Assembly (NCBI GenBank): GCA_050253075.1
Contig: JBFWJS010000002.1
Location: forward strand, 352,001-416,000
Origin: Deferribacterales bacterium
Lineage (GTDB): Bacteria > Chrysiogenota > Deferribacteres > Deferribacterales > Geovibrionaceae
DNA: 64,000 nucleotides
Direction of reading: 5' to 3'
Shown: positions 46,846 through 57,376 of the stretch, in pieces
Numbering within the stretch: position 1 is the first letter of the stretch
Layout: every line of letters begins with the position of its first letter
Position numbers and translations under genes: made by a program
Notes under the pieces: generated by a model
Database searches by the model: none
What the model saw: only the letters and a program-made list of their open reading frames with translations
Told to the model about the DNA's origin: nothing

Positions 46846-48789
46846 ATGAAAATATCCAAGCTTATAATATTTGGTTTCTCTATAACCATTTTAATTTTAA
46901 CAGCAGTTTCTGCTGTATCAATCTACGGAACATTCTCATCAAGCACAGGCTTTAAAGAGTACAGAGCGCTGGCGAGAGATACAAACCTTGCTGGCAGACT
47001 TCAGGCGAATATGCTCATGGTCAGGCTGATGGTGAAGGATTTCCTTATTAGCAACTCACAGGCATCAAGAGACTCATACCACGGGTATGTAGAAGAGATG
47101 CATAAATATCTGGAAGAAGCAAAAGGCGAGATACTCAACCCCCAAAGGGCTGAAAAGATATCTTTCATCACACGCAGTGTGGGCGATTATGAAAGAGCTT
47201 TTGAAAGTGTCGCCGACATAATAAATAAAAGAAACGACAAGATGAACGACCTGCTCCAGCATGGTCTCAAAATGCGCAAAGACCTGACAGACATAATGGT
47301 GTCTGCTTATCAGGACGGAGACCCTGAGGCATCATACTATGCAGCCAGAATGCAGGAACACATACTCCTTGCTAGGTATTATGCGCTGAACTTCATGAAG
47401 ACAAGCTCTGACAAAGACCTTGAAACTGTTCACGCAGAAATAGGCGAACAGCTGGATAAGCTGATACCCATAGCGGACAAAAACATACAAAACCCTAACC
47501 GTAGGAACCTTTTAAAAGATTTTATCAATGAAAGAGAGCTCTTTATCCAGACAGTGAACGAGCTGGCTGGCTATGTGAAAGAACGAAACGATATAGTCTA
47601 TAAAACCCTGGACAAGATCGGCCCGCAGATAGCTCAGGCTGTCGAGGATGTAGAGCTCTCAATAAAAGCAGATCAGGATGCCCTGGGGCCACAGCTTCAG
47701 AAAAGCAATCAGAAGATAACGACTGTCACGTTAACCTCCTCGGTAACAGGGCTCCTGATCGCAATTTTCTTCGCCTTTTATATAAAGAGAAAGGTGATGC
47801 TGCCACTCGGCGGAGAGCCTGCCGACATGGGCAAAATAGCTGAAAAGATAGCTCAAGGCGACCTCGCCATAGACACATCGGGTGCAGAGGATGCCAAAGG
47901 GCTCTATTCATCTATGCTCCGAATGGTCAACAACCTGACAGACATAGTGACCATAATAAGAAGCGGCTCGGGAAGCGTGGCATCAGGCACAATACAGCTA
48001 GCCAGTGCCAGCGAACAGCTCACCACCACAGTGGACGACCAGACCCTGCAGATGAACGCTATAGCAAGCGCTATGGAAGAGATGGCAGCGGCATCAGTAA
48101 ACGTACTGAGCAACCTGAGCATGATAATAGAGAAAAGTACCGACGCAAAACATAAGGCTGACGAAGGGATGAATAAACTCGGCGACACAAACAACAGCAT
48201 CGAGGCTATCAGGAACACCTCGATGGAGCTGTCGCAGACGATAGACAGCCTCAGCCAGTCTTCCGCACATATCAGTGAGATACTGGTAGTGATAAACGAC
48301 ATAGCTGACCAGACAAACCTCCTTGCGCTGAACGCCGCAATAGAAGCGGCACGAGCCGGGGACTCGGGCAGGGGGTTTGCCGTGGTGGCCGAAGAGGTGA
48401 GGAAACTCGCAGAAAGGACACAGACTGCCACACAGGAAGTCGAAGGGATCATAAAGTCTCTGCAGACAGAAGCTGCCAGTGCATCCAGAAACATGGACAG
48501 AACCGAATCAGAAGTCGAGAAAGGCGTTGCTGCCCTTAAGTCCACAGTGGAATCATTCAATGTCATAGCAGCAGCCATTGCAGATGTTGTGAATGCGAAT
48601 GAAATGATAAACACGTCTGTCTCTGAGCAGAACCTCGCAATAGACAACGTGAACGAGAGCATACAGTCGATATCATCAGGGCTGGAGGAGAGCTCCGCAT
48701 CGGTCAGAGAGATAACCATGACCATAGACGAGCTGAGCCGTCAGGCCGAAGAGATGAACACCACTGTCGAAAGATTTAAACTGAACTAA
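46846..48789 (+). CDS. Methyl-accepting chemotaxis protein with a large periplasmic domain
   Basis: Two TM helices; [33 protein letters not shown]. Confidence 0.96.
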   Translation: MKISKLIIFGFSITILILTAVSAVSIYGTFSSSTGFKEYRALARDTNLAGRLQANMLMVRLMVKDFLISNSQASRDSYHGYVEEMHKYLEEAKGEILNPQRAEKISFITRSVGDYERAFESVADIINKRNDKMNDLLQHGLKMRKDLTDIMVSAYQDGDPEASYYAARMQEHILLARYYALNFMKTSSDKDLETVHAEIGEQLDKLIPIADKNIQNPNRRNLLKDFINERELFIQTVNELAGYVKERNDIVYKTLDKIGPQIAQAVEDVELSIKADQDALGPQLQKSNQKITTVTLTSSVTGLLIAIFFAFYIKRKVMLPLGGEPADMGKIAEKIAQGDLAIDTSGAEDAKGLYSSMLRMVNNLTDIVTIIRSGSGSVASGTIQLASASEQLTTTVDDQTLQMNAIASAMEEMAAASVNVLSNLSMIIEKSTDAKHKADEGMNKLGDTNNSIEAIRNTSMELSQTIDSLSQSSAHISEILVVINDIADQTNLLALNAAIEAARAGDSGRGFAVVAEEVRKLAERTQTATQEVEGIIKSLQTEAASASRNMDRTESEVEKGVAALKSTVESFNVIAAAIADVVNANEMINTSVSEQNLAIDNVNESIQSISSGLEESSASVREITMTIDELSRQAEEMNTTVERFKLN

Positions 48790-48792
48790 GCT

Positions 48793-48822
48793 AAAAAGGC
48801 GGGGGAATTTCTCCCGCCTTTT
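48793..48822 (+). terminator. Intrinsic terminator
   Basis: AAAAGGCGGG/CCCGCCTTTT stem. Confidence 0.8.
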
Positions 48823-48892
48823 CCATATCCGTTTGTAAATTCCTTAACCAAAGTATATATTGTGTTCATAATTTACTTTTCAGGGACGGGAT

Positions 48893-49846
48893 ATGAAATT
48901 TGAACGCTTTATAGCTACATTTGTAATGATGAACATAGTGCTCCTGCTCGGCGTGGTATTCACCGCAAAGAACCATCTTATGATGATGAAAATGTCCGAG
49001 ATGATATACGGAAAGTCTGTGCCTGTGGCATATTTCGACACTCCGCCGTCTGAGCTGGACACATTCGCCTCCGACACTCCCGAGGACATATCAGACACAA
49101 TGGAGCAGGTATACTCCATAATCCCCGAGGAAGACCTGCTGAAGCTGGCCGACCTGCCCCCCTATGAAAAAGCCGTAGAGATCATAAGAAACTTCAGCCT
49201 GATGGGCGACGGCGAATGTCTGACAGATAAAACTATCCCCGAAAAGCTGAAACTGGCGGAAAAGAAAGAGGGATGCTCCAAAGACTATGCCGAAGTTTTC
49301 ATACTGCTGGGCTCTGCAATCGGTCTGGAATCCAGAATGGTGTCAAACGGGCTCCACTATGCCGCCGAGATATTCAACGGGAAGAAATGGGTATACATAG
49401 ACCCATACTATGCCATGTCCGTATCATCTGAAACATCAATGCTCTCTTTCAGAGAACTGGCGGAAAGGATGATAGCCGACGGATGGATGCGCTTTAACTT
49501 TTTCGGAGGCGAGGAACACTGCATGAGCGGAAAACCTCTGGAAAACCACCCGTACTTCGGAGACAAGATGCAGTTCGCCACGCTATATGCATATAACGGC
49601 GACAATGTGATACAGATATCAAAGCTGGATAAGCAGTATGCAAAGAAACCTGCATTTATCAAATACATCAAACCATACAAAAACGGAATGCCTGAAATGA
49701 TTTACGCTGATCTGGGGCAGAATGAGAACACGATTACAAAGAAATATGTGATGGGATTACTCGGTGTGCTGGCAGCAATTTTCATCGGTACAAACATAGT
49801 CCTCCCCGCTTATTTCATCCTCGGACTGATAAGCAGAAAGAAGTAA
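48893..49846 (+). CDS. Membrane-anchored transglutaminase-like protein
   Basis: Candidate Cys-His-Asp triad: GCSKDYA, HYAAE, WVYIDP; TM helices at both ends. Confidence 0.65.
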   Translation: MKFERFIATFVMMNIVLLLGVVFTAKNHLMMMKMSEMIYGKSVPVAYFDTPPSELDTFASDTPEDISDTMEQVYSIIPEEDLLKLADLPPYEKAVEIIRNFSLMGDGECLTDKTIPEKLKLAEKKEGCSKDYAEVFILLGSAIGLESRMVSNGLHYAAEIFNGKKWVYIDPYYAMSVSSETSMLSFRELAERMIADGWMRFNFFGGEEHCMSGKPLENHPYFGDKMQFATLYAYNGDNVIQISKLDKQYAKKPAFIKYIKPYKNGMPEMIYADLGQNENTITKKYVMGLLGVLAAIFIGTNIVLPAYFILGLISRKK

Positions 49847-49937
49847 ACGAAAAAAGCCCGCCTGAACGGGCTTGATTTTCATTTCTTTTTCAGATCGGGT
49901 CATAGGGGTTTCCCCATGATACCCTAAAGGCAGTAAA

Positions 49938-50126
49938 CTACGCTTTCTGTACTTTACCAGCTTTCATGCATTTTGTGCATACTGTTTTGCGGACCACAGC
50001 GCCTGCTTCAACGACTCTGATTCTATGTACATTTGGGTAGAAAACCCTTCTGCTTACATTATGAGCGTGGCTAATCTGGTGACCGAACATAGGGCCTTTA
50101 CCGCAGATCTCACATCTTTTGGCCAT
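49938..50126 (-). CDS. rpmB: 50S ribosomal protein L28
   Basis: MAKRCEICGKGPMFGHQISHAH..PN..VCTKC. Confidence 0.97.
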   Translation of the reverse strand: MAKRCEICGKGPMFGHQISHAHNVSRRVFYPNVHRIRVVEAGAVVRKTVCTKCMKAGKVQKA

Positions 50127-50252
50127 CTTACCTACCTCCTTGATTTCAAGAGCTTAAAATGCTAGCATAAATCCCATTTTTAAATCAAGCACTTTTTTTA
50201 AAAAGTTATATACTTGATAAACAAAGAAAAATACAAATTCTTAGGAGAATTT

Positions 50253-50942
50253 ATGACTGATATTAAAAAGGTCAAACTCGACCTCAACTGGAAGGATGAT
50301 ATTTACATATTTTCGCAAGAAATCAAAGCACAAACAGAGCGTATTCAAAAATATGGTCACGGCGGAGAGTATGAAAATTATAAACGTCTAACAGGCAAAG
50401 ACTTTTTCGGAGATGAAAAACCATTCAATATCGAGATAGGAATAGGCAACGGCGAATTTCTCTCTGAATATGCAAAAAAGCACCCCGAGCAGAATTATCT
50501 CGGCTTTGAAGTGATGAAAAGAATATTTTTAAGAGCCGTAACAAAAGCGAAGCAGGTGGAGAAGAAAAATATCCGTCTGATGCACTTCGATGCGACATTC
50601 TTCGTATCTATATTAGAGGATGGATGCGTGGACAACTTTTACGTGAATTTCCCCGATCCCTGGCCGAAGAAGAAGCATAAGAAGAGACGCCTGCTGAAGA
50701 CACAGTTCATAGAGCTGCTGGTGAAAAAGCTCAAACCCGGAGGAACCCTCTGCATGGCAACAGACCAGATAGACTATGCCGAAGAGATAGTGGAAAACCT
50801 GAAGCCCGTAAAACAGCTCGAAAGCGTGTATGACACCATATACATTAAAGAGCTAGACGACTATATTCCTACAAAGTACTACCGTAAGTTCGTGCCCGAG
50901 CTAGGAGTGCATTTTTTCCGTATGAAGAAAGTTGCAGAATAG
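50253..50942 (+). CDS. trmB: tRNA (guanine-N7)-methyltransferase
   Basis: EIGIGNG, NFPDPWPKKKHKKRR, ATD; start after AGGAG. Confidence 0.93.
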   Translation: MTDIKKVKLDLNWKDDIYIFSQEIKAQTERIQKYGHGGEYENYKRLTGKDFFGDEKPFNIEIGIGNGEFLSEYAKKHPEQNYLGFEVMKRIFLRAVTKAKQVEKKNIRLMHFDATFFVSILEDGCVDNFYVNFPDPWPKKKHKKRRLLKTQFIELLVKKLKPGGTLCMATDQIDYAEEIVENLKPVKQLESVYDTIYIKELDDYIPTKYYRKFVPELGVHFFRMKKVAE

Positions 50943-50982
50943 GTTAAAAGTATTATTATACAGGAAGGAGTATTAACTGATT

Positions 50983-51240
50983 ATGTCTGAGAATATGAAA
51001 GAAATGATTGAGTTCCCCGTCATATACACATTTAAGGCGATGGGGCATAATTCAGATACTTTTATTAAAGGTATCAAAGATGTATTTAGTGGAAAGGAAG
51101 TAGAATCTATTGAAGAAAAACCAAGCAGCAAAGGCAACTATGTCTCCGTCTCCGTGACGGTAGAGGTGGTTGACTTTAATGAGCTGCAAACTTTTTACAC
51201 TTCTATAACAAAAGTGGAAGGTTTAAAGTTTCACCTTTAA
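50983..51240 (+). CDS. DUF493/YbeD family protein
   Basis: IEFP..YTFKAMG..SSKGNYVSVSV. Confidence 0.88.
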   Translation: MSENMKEMIEFPVIYTFKAMGHNSDTFIKGIKDVFSGKEVESIEEKPSSKGNYVSVSVTVEVVDFNELQTFYTSITKVEGLKFHL

Positions 51241-51347
51241 TAAATTCTATTATTTATAGACATTTATAAACCATGATTATTGATTGCATAACTACAGTAT
51301 ATTAAATATAATACGCTGTAGAACACTATTCTAATTGGGGCAACATT

Positions 51348-53156
51348 ATGTTTAAAGAGATTTACGTTAGCCTGGAGAAAAACATCTTCAACACTCTCAC
51401 TAAAAAACTGGTGGGAAACATATTATTCATTGTATTTCTACAAACTATAGCGCTTATAACATTCGCTATGACAAGGGACGACATCACCGCAGCCCTTTAC
51501 GCACTACCTGTTGAAAGGGAAGCCGTAGAGGCGATACTGCTTCTATGTAAGCAGAAGTTCATGATACCGCTTGCGTTCATGCTGATGACATTCGGCGGGC
51601 TTTTCTTCATGATGTTCTTCTTCTCTATACTTATCGTTCGCCCGATAAAGAAGATAGCCGCTGTTTTCGCCGAGATAGGCGAAGGCGGAAACGACCTTTC
51701 AAAAGACATGCCTCTCCTCACATACGACGAGATGCGTGATCTTTCACACAACTATAACCTCTTCATGCAGAAACTGCGTAAGATACTTTTAAAAGTACGT
51801 ATGCTTAGCGTCAATATAGGCGTGGAATCCGCACAGGTTGTTCTCAGTGTTAAGCAGGCCACAAACGAAGTGGACAAACAGAGCGACCTTTCGCACCAGA
51901 TATATGAATCCAGCTCACGCACAAACGAATCCATCGAGACGATACGCTCCACAGCCGTCACAATCAGCGCAGCGGCAAATCAGAACCTGGTGAATGCCCA
52001 GTCATCAAAAGACGAAATGACAGCTCTGACAGGCAATATGGACTCCATATCGAACATGCTGGAGGAGTTCCACACTACCGTCGGAGACCTTACTAAAAAT
52101 TCTGAAAACATCAGAGACATAGTATCCCTCATCGAGGATATCTCAGACCAGACAAACCTGCTCGCACTTAACGCAGCCATCGAGGCGGCGAGAGCGGGTG
52201 AGGCGGGAAGAGGCTTTGCCGTGGTGGCAGACGAAGTAAGAAAACTCGCAGAAAGAGTTAAATCTGCCACAGAAGAGATATCGAAGAACATCAACGACAT
52301 GATAAAGCAGGTTCGCCATACCGAAGATCAGACGGAGCAGATAGGCGACTATATCAATAAGACAAGAGACGTGGTGGACAGCACTGCGTCCAGCTTTGAA
52401 AACATGGTGCACGACTTCGAAGAGACAGGCCACGGGGTAAACGAGATAACAGTATCCCTCGACGAGTTCTCCTCCATCAATTCCGTAGTATTTGAAAATG
52501 TAAATATGATAAATAACATCGCCGCTCAGGTTACGGACAAGATGGACAGATCAAACGACAACACCATGAGCCTTAACCAGCGCATAGAAGAGATTCAGGA
52601 CAATGTGACCCAGTTCCGCATCGGCATGGGATACATGGAAGTGATACTCGAAAAAGCGTGCAGCATTAAAAAGCAGTATGAAGACTACCTCACCGACCTT
52701 GCGAAACAGGGCGTAGATGTATTTGATAAAAACTATAGAGAAATCCCCGGTACTAATCCGAAGAAATTTAAGACCGGCTATGACTCAAAGGTCGAGAAGT
52801 ATTTTCAGGATATATCCGAGCAGCTTCTCAACTCTATAAACGGCTGTATCTTCACACTGGCGGTGGACATAAACGGATATGCACCGACACATAATAAGAA
52901 GTATTCCAGAAAGCCCACAGGCGATATCCAGCAGGATACTATAAACAGCAGGGACAAGCGTATCTTTAAAGACCACGCAGGTCTCAGAGCGGCTAAGAAT
53001 GTACTGCCGTTCCTTATGCAGACATACGCCAGAGACACCGGAGAGATACTCAATGACCTCAGCATACCTATCGAAGTAAACGGTAAGCACTGGGGTGCTC
53101 TCAGAATAGGCTTTGACCCGAATGCGCTCCTTAACGAAGGTAAAAAACTTACTTAA
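51348..53156 (+). CDS. Methyl-accepting chemotaxis protein with an extra C-terminal domain
   Basis: [25 protein letters not shown]-terminal [26 protein letters not shown]. Confidence 0.95.
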   Translation: MFKEIYVSLEKNIFNTLTKKLVGNILFIVFLQTIALITFAMTRDDITAALYALPVEREAVEAILLLCKQKFMIPLAFMLMTFGGLFFMMFFFSILIVRPIKKIAAVFAEIGEGGNDLSKDMPLLTYDEMRDLSHNYNLFMQKLRKILLKVRMLSVNIGVESAQVVLSVKQATNEVDKQSDLSHQIYESSSRTNESIETIRSTAVTISAAANQNLVNAQSSKDEMTALTGNMDSISNMLEEFHTTVGDLTKNSENIRDIVSLIEDISDQTNLLALNAAIEAARAGEAGRGFAVVADEVRKLAERVKSATEEISKNINDMIKQVRHTEDQTEQIGDYINKTRDVVDSTASSFENMVHDFEETGHGVNEITVSLDEFSSINSVVFENVNMINNIAAQVTDKMDRSNDNTMSLNQRIEEIQDNVTQFRIGMGYMEVILEKACSIKKQYEDYLTDLAKQGVDVFDKNYREIPGTNPKKFKTGYDSKVEKYFQDISEQLLNSINGCIFTLAVDINGYAPTHNKKYSRKPTGDIQQDTINSRDKRIFKDHAGLRAAKNVLPFLMQTYARDTGEILNDLSIPIEVNGKHWGALRIGFDPNALLNEGKKLT

Positions 53157-53932
53157 AGAAAGAGAACCATCAGCAGGAGCAGACAAAGTGCTCCGATGAT
53201 ATTCAGAAGAAGAGTGATGAACTGGTCTTTTTCGAAACGGTTAAAGACCTTGTTCTTATCTTTGAAGTCTGTCTTGATGCGTGCGATATCTGCTGTCAGC
53301 TTTGCTCTGTCGGCGAAAAGGCTTCTCACAAACGGAGCTATCTCTAGCTCTGTGATAGTGTCTTTCCTTATATTCAGCTTAAGCATCTCGGCACGCTCGA
53401 TATTCAGGATACCTTTATTATTATCGTTTCCGTCGAAACTGAACCAGAAGCCGAACTTCTCCATAAAAGCGAAAAATGCACTTCTATCCACATCCTCGTC
53501 GGCATCGCCGAATGAGAAATGTATCGGCTCAATAGCAAAGTCGTGGTAGTTATTTTTAAGTATGGTCGCTATCTCGTTCAGAGCGTATGAGCTGAGCCCA
53601 TAGCCTCTGTAGTTCTTCGATAGCTTATATCTGTTCAGATGGGGAAACTTTATCGAATGTGATATCAGATCCACGGAGCATGACAGCTTATTCTCTTTTT
53701 TAAAGATGTTTGTCTGAGCGGCGGGACCGTCATGGGCATAGTCATCCAGCAGCGGGTCACCCTCGGGAGAGTTCTTCACTATCGGCACGATCGAAGCAGT
53801 GATGTTCACTTCGCTGTTGGTCTTTATCACTTCCATCTCAAAGAGCACATAGCCCATAGTGATGGTTCTGGTATCTGTAACTTTGCCCGAGACTTTAAGG
53901 AGTTTCATCTCCTTAGATGTTTCTTTAGCCAT
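53153..53932 (-). CDS. Hypothetical protein with a GNAT-like motif and C-terminal TM helix
   Basis: 259-aa [14 protein letters not shown]; hydrophobic C-terminus. Confidence 0.6.
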   Translation of the reverse strand: MAKETSKEMKLLKVSGKVTDTRTITMGYVLFEMEVIKTNSEVNITASIVPIVKNSPEGDPLLDDYAHDGPAAQTNIFKKENKLSCSVDLISHSIKFPHLNRYKLSKNYRGYGLSSYALNEIATILKNNYHDFAIEPIHFSFGDADEDVDRSAFFAFMEKFGFWFSFDGNDNNKGILNIERAEMLKLNIRKDTITELEIAPFVRSLFADRAKLTADIARIKTDFKDKNKVFNRFEKDQFITLLLNIIGALCLLLLMVLFL

Positions 53933-53948
53933 TTGTTTTATTCACCGG

Positions 53949-54515
53949 TTATTTAAAGATCCTCAGCAGTTTTCCGCCCAGGATGCCCTTGTCGAAATCG
54001 ATAGGCATAAGCATGCTCCTCGCCTCTTCATTCTTCATAATGTTAGGTATGATGGATGAAAACGAGTTAAGCTGCTGCATGAGCAGTATCTGCGGCAGTC
54101 TGTTGGTGCTGGAGCCCGACTCTATTATATCGGAGACAAACACCTTCAGCACGACCATAAATATATTTATAGTTTCGGCTGAATCCTGCTCTAACTGAAT
54201 TAAAAATTTCTTATTTAAAAATATATCCTTTATCGCTTTTGAAAAGGGCATCTTTTTCGTGTGCCCGGTGAACTGTCTTTTGCTCCTTCCCGTAGCAAGC
54301 GATAGGACAAAATTGTAATAGCATATAAAGTATTGAATACGATAGTCCTCGAGCGGATCGAGGTCCTGAGAGATGACATTGTCCAGACTGACCGAGGCCT
54401 CTATGGACATAGCCGTGGCGGCTGTCATCTTTGAATATAGTTTCTTTGTGAAGTCGGTAAGGGACAGCTCATATTCGCCGTCGATCACCTGCTCCGCCGT
54501 GAACTCCCACTCCAT
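53949..54515 (-). CDS. Hypothetical protein
   Basis: 188-aa ORF with AAGGAGA RBS. Confidence 0.7.
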   Translation of the reverse strand: MEWEFTAEQVIDGEYELSLTDFTKKLYSKMTAATAMSIEASVSLDNVISQDLDPLEDYRIQYFICYYNFVLSLATGRSKRQFTGHTKKMPFSKAIKDIFLNKKFLIQLEQDSAETINIFMVVLKVFVSDIIESGSSTNRLPQILLMQQLNSFSSIIPNIMKNEEARSMLMPIDFDKGILGGKLLRIFK

Positions 54516-54728
54516 TCACTTCTCCTTAAATCACTCCAGTATATATTACACTGAAACCGGACTGTATTCCACAGCTCATTTCAGAAGCTGTCTAAATTTT
54601 ATCGGCCGAGCCATAGAAAAAAATACCCCTAATCCTCGGCATGTTTTTTGCGATATTATATATATCACAATAATATCCGATAAGTCATCAACAACAGACA
54701 CAAAAGACACAATCGGATTCAGGCAATA

Positions 54729-54826
54729 AGAAGGTCACCCTTCTCCGGTCTTTGAACCGGCGTGTAGAATTGTTCCTCTATATTACACGGGGAATGTGAT
54801 ATTTCCCCATACGTATTGTGGAGAAG
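54729..54826. ncRNA. Candidate structured RNA (leader or sRNA), family unassigned
   Basis: Four abutting hairpins plus an alternative long-range pairing in a 420-bp intergenic region. Confidence 0.4.
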
Positions 54827-54935
54827 CGAGGGTTTTACCATGTTCGGGCTTGAGATTTTTAGCAAATTAGTAGACTTTAATAATAAGAGCAACGACGACA
54901 CGTTGGAAATTTTTTTTACTGAGGGCAATGTAATT

Positions 54936-55613
54936 ATGCAGGAGAAAGTAAAGAACCTTGAGGACTTCCTCAATGTTAACACCAGAATAAACATCACTTT
55001 GAACAGAACAGATTATCCGGGTGTTTACGACTCCAGAGTTGAAGATATAGATAAGAAACACATACTCATCTCGCACCCTTCCGATGAAGGAGTGCCTATA
55101 CCTATGCTGCCAGGCACAAAGGTCAAAGTAGAATACGTCAGCAACGACGGACGCTTCAGCTTCGACTCCGAAGTGATAGGTAAACATACGGAAGGCAGCC
55201 TCAGCTTCATACAGATATCTGTTCCCAAAACCGTAGGAAGGAACCAGCTTAGAGAGTTTTTCCGTGTACCTACGAACATCAGGGGGAGCGTAAAGATATT
55301 CTATGCGAAAGTACCCGACATAAGCATGAAGATACCTCATAAGAAGGTCGACTGCAGGGTCATAGACCTCTCAGGCGGCGGCGGAAAGCTGATCACGGAG
55401 GCATACTTTGAAAAAGGTCAGGTCTTCGGGCTGGATATGTCCGCAGATATAGAGGATGCGTCAGATGTCCGCTGTACTTGCATACGCTCAAAGCGCATAG
55501 CGGATAAATCGGAGGTCAGCTTCAAGTTCAACGTGGCAAAGGACTCCGAGCGGAACCCTATCATAAAATACGTCTTTAAAAGGCAGATAGAGCTTAAACA
55601 GCTCCTCGGCTAA
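54936..55613 (+). CDS. Flagellar brake protein (YcgR_2 + PilZ)
   Basis: PilZ motifs QLREFFR and DLSGGG; GAGGG RBS. Confidence 0.9.
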   Translation: MQEKVKNLEDFLNVNTRINITLNRTDYPGVYDSRVEDIDKKHILISHPSDEGVPIPMLPGTKVKVEYVSNDGRFSFDSEVIGKHTEGSLSFIQISVPKTVGRNQLREFFRVPTNIRGSVKIFYAKVPDISMKIPHKKVDCRVIDLSGGGGKLITEAYFEKGQVFGLDMSADIEDASDVRCTCIRSKRIADKSEVSFKFNVAKDSERNPIIKYVFKRQIELKQLLG

Positions 55614-56119
55614 TCAGGGAATACTATATCGGGGTTGTGCTTCACGGCCTTATACCTCACCAGCACGGAGAGAGCCTTTGCAGCCTTTATGGTGTACAGG
55701 TCTGTCTCTTTCATCCATATGGTGCGCAGACCGTGTGCTACCTCTGTCCCCTGTATGTCGGGCTCGTCTATGACGGTTGAGTTGTTTATCTCGACGGCGA
55801 AAAGCCTGACCTCTTCGTTGGTCATCCCCACACCGCTGTATATGCTCCCCAGATCCATCAGATCAGACTGTGTGATACGCACGCCTGTCTCTTCGTAAAG
55901 TTCGCGCACGGCGGTCTCTATGGGCTCCTCGCCTTCGTCTATGAGCCCCGCAGGCCATTCCTGAACCCTGCACCCCACAGGCGGTCTGTACTGTTCCACC
56001 ATCAGATATTCCTGTCTGTCCGTGTGGTACACCAGTATGATCACGGCGCCTGCACAATTCACACGCCTCACATACTCCCAGCCCGATTCTGTAGTTACAA
56101 GTTCCAGAAATTTACCCAC
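55610..56119 (-). CDS. NUDIX hydrolase (ADP-ribose pyrophosphatase-like)
   Basis: EQYRPP..EWPAGLIDEGE..AVRELYEETG. Confidence 0.92.
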   Translation of the reverse strand: MGKFLELVTTESGWEYVRRVNCAGAVIILVYHTDRQEYLMVEQYRPPVGCRVQEWPAGLIDEGEEPIETAVRELYEETGVRITQSDLMDLGSIYSGVGMTNEEVRLFAVEINNSTVIDEPDIQGTEVAHGLRTIWMKETDLYTIKAAKALSVLVRYKAVKHNPDIVFPD

Positions 56120-56195
56120 TTTATTCTCCTGTCTATATCATATCAGTTCAGTTTTAGTGTATGGTCATCTGTTTGTCAGAAACAGTTCAAAGGTT

Positions 56196-56993
56196 TCACT
56201 CGCCGAATTCAGCCCATACGGGCGCATGGTCGGACGGTTTTTCCATACCTCTGATATCGTAATCTATGCCCACGGCAGAGCACTTCTCCGCCAGCGGACT
56301 GCTGACCATTATGTGGTCTATGCGGAGCCCTCTTTTCGGCTCGGCCTCGAATCCTTTGCTGCGATAGTCAAACCAGCTCATGTATTCGCCGCAGTCGGGG
56401 CGCAGCTTTCTGTATACGTCTGTGAGACCCCAGTCGGCAACCTTCTGAAGCCATTCCCTCTCCTCAGGCAGGAAAGATGTCTTCCCCTGCTTCAGCCATC
56501 TTTTGACGCTGTCGGGGTTTATCCCTATGTCGAGGTCTGTGGGAGCGACATTCATATCGCCGACAAGAATGACATTTTCAGCTTTATCCAGAGTGTTCAT
56601 GTATCCGATCAGATCGGCATAGAACTTTTCCTTTGCGGGGAATTTTACGGGGTGGTCTCTGCTCTCCCCCTGAGGGAAGTATCCGTTGATGAATTTCAGA
56701 TCGCCGTAGTCGCACATGATGAATCTGCGCTGGGCATCGGCATCGTCAGAGGGGAATCCCTTCTGAACAGCCACAGGCTCCTTCTTGGACATCACGGCAA
56801 CTCCGTAGTGGGTCTTCTGTCCGAAGAACTCCACGTGGTATCCCATTGCCTTTATATCCTCTACGGGGAATTCCTCGTCACGGACCTTTGTCTCCTGAAG
56901 CCCTATGATGTCAGGGCTATGCGTCTCTATTAGTTTATCCAGCTGATGCAGTCTGGTTCTGATACTGTTTACGTTGAATGTTACTACCTTCAT
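56196..56993 (-). CDS. xthA: Exodeoxyribonuclease III
   Basis: TFNVNSIR, LQETK, GDMNVAP, SWFDYR, GLRIDH, SDHAPV. Confidence 0.96.
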   Translation of the reverse strand: MKVVTFNVNSIRTRLHQLDKLIETHSPDIIGLQETKVRDEEFPVEDIKAMGYHVEFFGQKTHYGVAVMSKKEPVAVQKGFPSDDADAQRRFIMCDYGDLKFINGYFPQGESRDHPVKFPAKEKFYADLIGYMNTLDKAENVILVGDMNVAPTDLDIGINPDSVKRWLKQGKTSFLPEEREWLQKVADWGLTDVYRKLRPDCGEYMSWFDYRSKGFEAEPKRGLRIDHIMVSSPLAEKCSAVGIDYDIRGMEKPSDHAPVWAEFGE

Positions 56994-57060
56994 AATAACT
57001 CCGATTTAGTGTTTTTATGAGTGTATCGCACTTTGCCGTAAATGTATAGGAGGGGAAAAA

Positions 57061-57090
57061 CAGATTCTTCGACTTCGCTCAGAATGACAA
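57061..57090. repeat. REP-like palindrome, same family as 44573
   Basis: CAGATTCTTCGACTTCGCTCAGAATGACAA. Confidence 0.75.
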
Positions 57091-57140
57091 AATGATAAAT
57101 TGAAGTTTTTGAGGGAAACGAAGGATATAGAAAGAAAAAG

Positions 57141-57165
57141 AAAAGGCGGGCTAGATGCCCGCCTT
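57141..57165 (-). terminator. Terminator of the flagellin operon
   Basis: AAGGCGGGC/GCCCGCCTT stem with U-rich tail on the minus strand. Confidence 0.85.
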
Positions 57166-57171
57166 GTTACT

Positions 57172-57339
57172 CTATATTTTCATTGACTCAGTCTTGCGTA
57201 CGATTGTTACTCGTCCCGCTTCGAACTTTACCTCTACTGAGCCGTAGAAACTTGTTTGAAACATCTCCTTGAGCATGTCTTGGAGCTGCTCCATCTGGTT
57301 CTTATTATTGTCTTTTTTCTGTACACTCATAGCAGCCAT
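57172..57339 (-). CDS. Small DUF2292/YezD-like protein
   Basis: FYGSVEVKFEAGRVTIVRKTESMKI; GGGAGG RBS. Confidence 0.7.
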   Translation of the reverse strand: MAAMSVQKKDNNKNQMEQLQDMLKEMFQTSFYGSVEVKFEAGRVTIVRKTESMKI

Positions 57340-57376
57340 ATTACTACCTCCCAAATTAGTCTACGTCAGTTCTTGT

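Noticed and set aside
51292..51321. Imperfect palindrome CTACAG..CTGTAG upstream of the second MCP
   Set aside because: Single AT-rich instance with no convincing match to ModE or LexA boxes.
54816..54935. Longer start for the flagellar brake ORF
   Set aside because: The extension overlaps the structured region, and ATG 54936 has a GAGGG RBS.
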